The notes under the pieces are model-generated. The model searched no databases and was not told the origin of the DNA. It saw only the letters and a program-made list of their open reading frames with translations. From Pseudomonadota bacterium (lineage in GTDB: Bacteria; Myxococcota; JACRCW01; JAFGSX01): DNA of 64,000 nucleotides. Below are positions 58,412 through 64,000 of this stretch, piece after piece. The stretch spans positions 128,001-192,000 of the forward strand of contig JBDRCO010000003.1 of the NCBI GenBank assembly GCA_043821645.1, given 5' to 3'. The position numbers and the translations under genes were made by a program. Position 1 is the first letter of the stretch, and every line of letters starts with the position of its first letter.

Positions 58412-58765
58412 ATGCCCAGAGTGAAAAGGGGTTTCAAGGCCCGTCGTCGTCGTAACCGCCTGCTCAAGCGGGCGAGTGGATTCTTCCAGCGCCGCAGCCG
58501 CACCTTCCGGGTGGCTCACGAGACCGTGATCCGCGCTCTGGCCTATGCTTTCCGGGGTCGCAAGGAGCGAAAGCGCGACTTCCGTCGCCTGTGGATCGTG
58601 CGCATCAACGCGGCAGCTCGGCTGCACGGTCTGTCATATTCGCGGATGATGGGTGGCCTCAAGCGGGCCAAGGTCGAGCTCGACCGCAAATCTCTTGCCG
58701 ACCTCGCGGTGTCCGATCCCAAGGCCTTCGGGTCCCTGGCCGAGCTGGCCAAGGCGCAGGCCTGA
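58412..58765 (+). CDS. rplT: 50S ribosomal protein L20
   Basis: MPRVKRG...[15 protein letters not shown]...[17 protein letters not shown]. Confidence 0.97.
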   Translation: MPRVKRGFKARRRRNRLLKRASGFFQRRSRTFRVAHETVIRALAYAFRGRKERKRDFRRLWIVRINAAARLHGLSYSRMMGGLKRAKVELDRKSLADLAVSDPKAFGSLAELAKAQA

Positions 58766-58787
58766 GGCGGGCGCCGGGCGCGGATCC

Positions 58788-59822
58788 ATGGAACAGCAAC
58801 TCCTGGCACTGCTGGATGAGGCCAGGCTGGCCTTTGGCGGTGCCGATGGCGTCGATGCCGTCGAGGCGCTGCGCGTCGCGTACCTGGGCAAGAAGGGCAA
58901 GGTCTCGGTCATCCTGCGCCAGATGGGGCAGCTGAGCGAGACCGAGCGCCCCGTGGTTGGCAAGGTGGCCAACGAGGTGCGCGATGCGATCCGGGTCCTC
59001 GTCGACGAGGGTCTGGTCCGGGCCGGGGAGCGTCAGCGCGCTCGGGACCTCAGTGAAAGGGTGGATATCAGTCAGCCAGGGAGGCGCGCGGCCCGGGGGC
59101 GCGAGCACCCGATCATGCGCACCCAGCGCGAGATCGTGGCCGTGCTCCGAGGTCTGGGCTTCGCCGTGGCCAGCGGCCCCGAGATCGAGCACGACTACTA
59201 CAACTTCGAGGCGCTGAACTTCCCGCACGATCACCCCGCGCGGGACATGCAGGACACCTTCTTTGTCGAGGACGGGGTGGTCCTGCGCACGCACACCTCG
59301 CCGATCCAGATCCGGGCCATGCTCGCGGCCGGTGAGCCGCCGCTGCGCGTGGTGGCGCCGGGTGCCGTTTACCGTTGCGACCAGGATGCCACCCACGCAC
59401 CCATGTTCTTCCAGGTCGAGGGCTTCTTCGTCGACGAGGGCGTGACCTTTGGCGATCTCAAGGGGACCCTGCATCACTTCCTGCAGAGCCTGTTCGGCGC
59501 CGACGTGCAGATGCGGCTCAGGCCCAGCTTCTTCCCGTTCACCGAGCCGTCCTGCGAGGTGGACATGAGCTGCGGCGTCTGCGCCGGGCTTGGCCCCGAG
59601 GGCCGGGCTGCCTGCCGCGTGTGCAAGGGCAGCGGCTGGGTCGAGATCCTGGGTGCCGGGATGATCGATCCCAACGTGCTCAAGGCGGTGGGCTGGGACG
59701 CCGAGAAGTACAGCGGGTTTGCCTTCGGGGTGGGCGTTGACCGCGTGGCCATGCTGCGCCACGGTATCGACGACATCCGGCTGCTCACCGAGAACGACGT
59801 CCGCTTCCTGTCGCAGTTCTAG
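58788..59822 (+). CDS. pheS: Phenylalanine--tRNA ligase alpha subunit
   Basis: HPARDMQDTF, LRTHTSP, FPFTEPS, GFAFG.G.DR.AML. Confidence 0.97.
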   Translation: MEQQLLALLDEARLAFGGADGVDAVEALRVAYLGKKGKVSVILRQMGQLSETERPVVGKVANEVRDAIRVLVDEGLVRAGERQRARDLSERVDISQPGRRAARGREHPIMRTQREIVAVLRGLGFAVASGPEIEHDYYNFEALNFPHDHPARDMQDTFFVEDGVVLRTHTSPIQIRAMLAAGEPPLRVVAPGAVYRCDQDATHAPMFFQVEGFFVDEGVTFGDLKGTLHHFLQSLFGADVQMRLRPSFFPFTEPSCEVDMSCGVCAGLGPEGRAACRVCKGSGWVEILGAGMIDPNVLKAVGWDAEKYSGFAFGVGVDRVAMLRHGIDDIRLLTENDVRFLSQF

Positions 59823-59857
59823 CGCAGAGGCGCGCGACGCCTGCAAAGGAGCCCCCC

Positions 59858-62371
59858 ATGCGCGTCAGCGTCGCGTGGCTCAAGGACCTGGTCAAAGGTA
59901 TCGAGGACGAGAGTGTGGCGACCATCGCGGAACGGCTGACCATGGCCGGTCTCGAGGTGGACCTCGTCGATGACCTCGAGCAGGCCCTGCAAGACGTGGT
60001 CATCACCCGCATCGTCTCGGTGACGCCACATCCGGACGCCGACAAGCTGGTGGTGTGCCAGGTCGAGGACGGGTCGGGGACGGTGACCGTGGTGTGCGGA
60101 GCCCCCAACACCGCCGAGGGTGCCCTGGTCGCCCTGGCACGGCCGGGAGCGGTTCTCGGTGGTCGCGCGGTCGAGGTTGCCACCCTGCGCGGTGTGCCCA
60201 GCCACGGCATGCTCTGCTCCGAGCGCGAGCTCGGTCTCGGGGACGATCACGCGGGCATCCTGATCCTCGACGGAGACCTCGTGCCGGGGACGCCGCTGGT
60301 GCAGGCCCTGGGTATCGATCCCGTCGTGCTCGAGCTGAGCGTGACCCCCAACCGTCCCGACGCCCTGAGCCACGTCGGTGTGGCGCGGGAGCTCGCCGCC
60401 CTGACCGGAGGTCGCGCCAAGGTGCCCGGTGCCGCTCCAGCCGAGCGCGGTGGACCCGTGGATGACGCCGCCAGCGTGAGCATCGCCGATCCGGACGCCT
60501 GCCCGAGGTACGCCTGCCGTGTCGTCGACGAGGTGCACGTCGGCCCGTCGCCTGCGTGGCTCAAGTGGCGGCTGCAGCGCCTGGGTGTTCGATCGATCAA
60601 CAACGTGGTCGATGCCACCAACCTGGTGCTGCTGGAGAGGGGCCATCCGCTGCATGCCTTCGACGCCGACCGGCTCGGGCACGAGCGCGGACGCGCGGCC
60701 ATCGTGGTGCGGCGCGCGGCGCCCGACGAGAAACTGCGGACACTCGATGGCATCGAGCGCACCCTGGACCCGGACGATCTGCTCATCTGTGACGTCGAGC
60801 GACCCGTGGCACTGGCCGGGATCATGGGTGGCGCGGACACCGAGGTGTCCACCAAGACAACGCGCGTGCTCATCGAAAGCGCGTACTTCGCTCCCGCCGT
60901 GGTGCGCCGGACTGCACGCCGACACGGCCTGCACACCGAGGCGTCGCACCGCTTCGAGCGCGGTTGCGATCCCAACCGCGGCGTCGAGGACAGCCTGAAT
61001 CGCGTGGCACAGCTCATCGCCGAGCTCTCCGCCGGCACTGTCCGCCGTGGAGTCGTCGACGTCTACCCCAAGAAGATCCAGCCGCGGGTGGTATCCCTGC
61101 GACCCTCGCGCGTGGCCGCCCTGCTGGGCGTGCCCGCCAAGAACGTCAGCGAAGCCGAGATCGGAACCTTGCTCGGCGCCCTGGGACTGGAGGTCGCGAG
61201 CCGGGAAGGCGAGGCCCTGCATTTGCGGGTGCCGACCTGGCGTCCGGATCTCGAGCGCGAGATCGATCTTGTCGAGGAGGTGGTGCGCTTGCAGGGCATG
61301 GATCGCGTACCGGCCACCCTGCCTCGAGGCTCGGGGCGCATCATCCGCACCCGCCAGGCCGCCCAGGTGGAGCGGGTCGAGCAGCTGGTGCGGGATGTGT
61401 TGCTCGATGCCGGCTACCACGAGGCGGTCAGTCTCGCCTTCGTCAGCCCTGCCGAGGATGCGCTGTTCCGGGCGCCGGGCGATGGGCCACCGCTGAAGGT
61501 GCGCAATGCCCTGGGAGAGGATCAGTCGCTGATGCGGCGGAGCTTGCGCATCCGCTTGCTGGCCGCGCTGGCCGTCAACCAGCGCCGGGGTGTCGACGAC
61601 GTTCGAATGTTCGAAGTGGGCAAGGTGTTCCTCGGGCTCAATGACAAGGGACATGGCCCGCGGCCGGCGGATCCGGATGGCCCCTCGGGCGGCGACGCGT
61701 ATGCCATCGAGGAACGCCGGGTGGCCGGTGTCGCGGTGGGAAAGGCGGATCCCCACGCCTTCGACGTGCCGGCGCGGCCACTGGACGTGTTCGACCTCAA
61801 GGGCGCGATCGAAGAGTTGCTGGCCGCCCTGGGTCATGACCCCGCGGACATTCATGCTCACCACGTGGTTTTTGAACCCTGTGACGACGTCCCGGGGCTC
61901 CATCCACGATGCTGTGCCCGGGTTCGGGTCGAGGGCACGGTGGTCGGGGTTCTTGGGGAGGTGCATCCGGACGTGGTCCAGGCCCTCGACCTGCGCGGGC
62001 AACCCTACGCCTTCGAACTCGACGCCGATGCGCTGGGTGCCTGCGCACGCCTGCTGCGTCCGGTGCAAGTCTTGCCGCGCTTCCCCAAGGTTCGGCGCGA
62101 TGTCGCACTGGTCATCGACGACGGAGTCACCGTCGATGCGCTGCTCGGTGTGGTGCGCGACGGCGATACCCAGCATCGCGGCCTGCTTGTCGACGTCGAC
62201 GTCTTTGACGTGTACCGCGGCCCTCACGTGCCACCTGGCAAGAAGAGTGTGGCCCTCGCCTTTGAGTATCGAGCACCGGACCGCACCCTGGTTGACGACG
62301 AGGTCACTGTCATGCACGGGGCCCTGGTCGAGACCCTGGTGCAACGCTTCCAGGCCGAGGTGCGTCGGTGA
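59858..62371 (+). CDS. pheT: Phenylalanine--tRNA ligase beta subunit
   Basis: HPDADKL, VCGAPN, TPNRPD, RFERG, REIDLVEEV, FDVYRG. Confidence 0.97.
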   Translation: MRVSVAWLKDLVKGIEDESVATIAERLTMAGLEVDLVDDLEQALQDVVITRIVSVTPHPDADKLVVCQVEDGSGTVTVVCGAPNTAEGALVALARPGAVLGGRAVEVATLRGVPSHGMLCSERELGLGDDHAGILILDGDLVPGTPLVQALGIDPVVLELSVTPNRPDALSHVGVARELAALTGGRAKVPGAAPAERGGPVDDAASVSIADPDACPRYACRVVDEVHVGPSPAWLKWRLQRLGVRSINNVVDATNLVLLERGHPLHAFDADRLGHERGRAAIVVRRAAPDEKLRTLDGIERTLDPDDLLICDVERPVALAGIMGGADTEVSTKTTRVLIESAYFAPAVVRRTARRHGLHTEASHRFERGCDPNRGVEDSLNRVAQLIAELSAGTVRRGVVDVYPKKIQPRVVSLRPSRVAALLGVPAKNVSEAEIGTLLGALGLEVASREGEALHLRVPTWRPDLEREIDLVEEVVRLQGMDRVPATLPRGSGRIIRTRQAAQVERVEQLVRDVLLDAGYHEAVSLAFVSPAEDALFRAPGDGPPLKVRNALGEDQSLMRRSLRIRLLAALAVNQRRGVDDVRMFEVGKVFLGLNDKGHGPRPADPDGPSGGDAYAIEERRVAGVAVGKADPHAFDVPARPLDVFDLKGAIEELLAALGHDPADIHAHHVVFEPCDDVPGLHPRCCARVRVEGTVVGVLGEVHPDVVQALDLRGQPYAFELDADALGACARLLRPVQVLPRFPKVRRDVALVIDDGVTVDALLGVVRDGDTQHRGLLVDVDVFDVYRGPHVPPGKKSVALAFEYRAPDRTLVDDEVTVMHGALVETLVQRFQAEVRR

Positions 62372-62787
62372 AGGACAAACGTCCCCGGGTGTGGTCCCGG
62401 ATCGCCATCCTGCTGGGAGTGATCTCGGTCCTCGCTTCACCTGCCGCGTGGTTCTACGCCCTGCCTTTGGCTCTCGCCCTGATCGCATTGCTCGTCGGCA
62501 TCGTCGCGCGCGTGCGCGGAGAGCGTGGCATCGGATCGCTGCTCTGGCCTGTCCTTGGCCTGATCCTGGGAACCGGCGTCTACATGGCCTATCTGATCAC
62601 CACCGATGTCGATCCCGATGCCAACAAGGTGATCGACCACAACTTCGATCAGCAGTTCGACGACGACTTCAAGGCGCTTGTCGGCGATGAGGCAGCTGGT
62701 TTCGGCGCTCAGGATCCGGGGTTTGGCGACGTCGAGGACGCCGGAACCGAGGATGTCGCAGGGTCTGGCTCGCGCGCCATGAAGTGA
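62368..62787 (+). CDS. Hypothetical small membrane protein with an acidic tail
   Basis: GTGA overlap with the pheT stop; 2-3 TM segments. Confidence 0.7.
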   Translation: MKDKRPRVWSRIAILLGVISVLASPAAWFYALPLALALIALLVGIVARVRGERGIGSLLWPVLGLILGTGVYMAYLITTDVDPDANKVIDHNFDQQFDDDFKALVGDEAAGFGAQDPGFGDVEDAGTEDVAGSGSRAMK

Positions 62788-62796
62788 TCCGGGACG

Positions 62797-62845
62797 CTTG
62801 TCAAGTGGTCGGCGACTTTTTTGTCGTCGGGGAGTACTTGACAAG
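62797..62845. repeat. Perfect 10-bp inverted repeat enclosing a second hairpin upstream of ihfA
   Basis: CTTGTCAAGT (62797-62806) and ACTTGACAAG (62836-62845); inner TCGGCGAC-T6-GTCGTCGG. Confidence 0.7.
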
Positions 62846-63041
62846 ACGGCGTGCCCTGGACGAAAAAGAACCATCCTCACGACGAGCACCGTCGATGACC
62901 GACCTGACGCAGAGCAGGGAGATCGGCGAGGACGTGAGGATCGGGGGTGACCGGGGAGCGCTGCAACGATTCCCGAGTACACTTCAGCTTCGGTGGATAA
63001 GGGGAGGCGAGCCCCCCCCCAGCAGGAGAAGAGGAGAGCCC

Positions 63042-63317
63042 ATGACCAAGGCCGACATCATCGAGAGCGTTTACGAGAAGGTGGGGTTCTCCAAGAAGGA
63101 TTCTGCCGAGATCGTCGAGATGGTCTTCGATACCATCAAGGAGACTCTCGAGCGTGGCGAGAAGATCAAGATCTCGGGCTTTGGTAACTTCGTGGTCCGC
63201 GACAAGAACTCGCGCGTGGGCCGCAATCCGCAAACCGGCGAGGAGATCGAGATCAGCGCGCGGCGGGTCCTGACCTTCAAACCGAGCCAGGTGCTCAAGA
63301 ACGCGCTCAACGGCTGA
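63042..63317 (+). CDS. ihfA: Integration host factor subunit alpha
   Basis: MTKADI, KIKISGFGNF, RVGRNPQTGEEI, TFKPS; position after pheT. Confidence 0.95.
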   Translation: MTKADIIESVYEKVGFSKKDSAEIVEMVFDTIKETLERGEKIKISGFGNFVVRDKNSRVGRNPQTGEEIEISARRVLTFKPSQVLKNALNG

Positions 63318-63327
63318 GACGACAAAG

Positions 63328-64000
63328 GTGACCATCCGCGAGCAGGTCAAGGTCGCGACCACGCGCGCCACGGTCGAGGGAGTGATCCCCGACAAGATGT
63401 ATTTTCGCATCGGCGAGGTTGCGGCCATCGTCGGCGTGAAACCCTATGTCCTGCGGTACTGGGAGAGCGAATTCGCCGCGCTGCGGCCGCAGAAATCCCG
63501 GACCCGGCAGCGCATGTACCGGCGCCGTGACGTCGAGCTGCTGCTCAAGATCAAGCACCTGCTCTACGATCGGAAGTACACCATCGCCGGCGCCAGGCAG
63601 CTCCTGAAGAGGGGCCTTGGCGCTGGTTTCGAGGCTGTCCTGGAGCCCCAGGCCGAGGGTGCGAGTCCTGCCTCCAGCTCCGTTCTGGCAGACGGTCCCG
63701 TTCCGATCGACTCTCGTGACGCGGAACCGTCGATCCAGGGCTGGGTGCCGCCGGCCGCTGCGCCGCAGCGAGAGCTCGAATCTCCGGCTCCCGCTGCCGT
63801 GCAGGTCACACCGTCAAACCTGGTTGCCCAGGCATCGCCCTCCGAGGCCCAGGTCGACGACCCGCGGACCCAGCTCACCTTCGACCTCCGAGTGCCGGTG
63901 CTGGTCAAGGATGACCTGCGTCGCGGGCTCCGTGAGCTGCTTGAACTGTGTGACACCGACGAGGCCGAGGACCCAGATCCCCTGGTTCGAATGCGACGCG
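63328..64000 (+). CDS. MerR family transcriptional regulator; runs off the window edge, start uncertain
   Basis: Manual translation IPDKMYFRIGEVA...VLRYWESEF..LRPQKS...QRMY...LLY...YTIAGAR; no stop before 64000; usual ihfA neighbour. Confidence 0.9.
   Translation, partial: MTIREQVKVATTRATVEGVIPDKMYFRIGEVAAIVGVKPYVLRYWESEFAALRPQKSRTRQRMYRRRDVELLLKIKHLLYDRKYTIAGARQLLKRGLGAGFEAVLEPQAEGASPASSSVLADGPVPIDSRDAEPSIQGWVPPAAAPQRELESPAPAAVQVTPSNLVAQASPSEAQVDDPRTQLTFDLRVPVLVKDDLRRGLRELLELCDTDEAEDPDPLVRMRR

Noticed and set aside
59568..59630. CxxC...CxxC insert in PheS
   Set aside because: A known zinc-knuckle-like feature of many bacterial PheS proteins; not unusual.

Overview
GC-rich, gene-dense chromosomal window, most likely from a Myxococcota/deltaproteobacterial genome. 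The taxon is inferred from MYXO-CTERM-like sorting tails, PEGA-bearing Ser/Thr kinases, an FHA-sigma54 activator, and DUF4388 and AgmX-like proteins. It holds about 60 CDS. Housekeeping genes are ettA (partial), mdh, trmL, tmk, miaB, leuS-lptE and infC-rpmI-rplT-pheS-pheT-ihfA-MerR. They are interleaved with signalling, envelope and lipid genes. I saw no rRNA, tRNA, CRISPR array, transposase or integrase. Best leads: (1) a pair of signal-peptide-less orphan proteins with disordered Thr/Asn/Ser-rich N-termini, one with a permuted-papain-like His/Cys arrangement and one rich in amphipathic beta-strands, separated by a terminator overlapping a stop codon (candidate secreted effector pair); (2) an MDH with a 5-residue insertion in the substrate-specificity loop, the same length as the insertion in apicomplexan LDH; (3) a candidate kinase -> FHA-bEBP -> sigma54 promoter -> DUF4097 lipoprotein circuit with a visible -24/-12 site and enhancer-like palindrome; (4) a membrane-anchored class I isoprenoid-synthase-like orphan where holA usually lies, facing an MMPL/acyltransferase/epimerase cluster; (5) a catalytically degenerate FHA-GGDEF with an intact I-site; (6) a DAACS symporter split by one extra C. 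All family calls come from motif recognition by eye; no database search was run.
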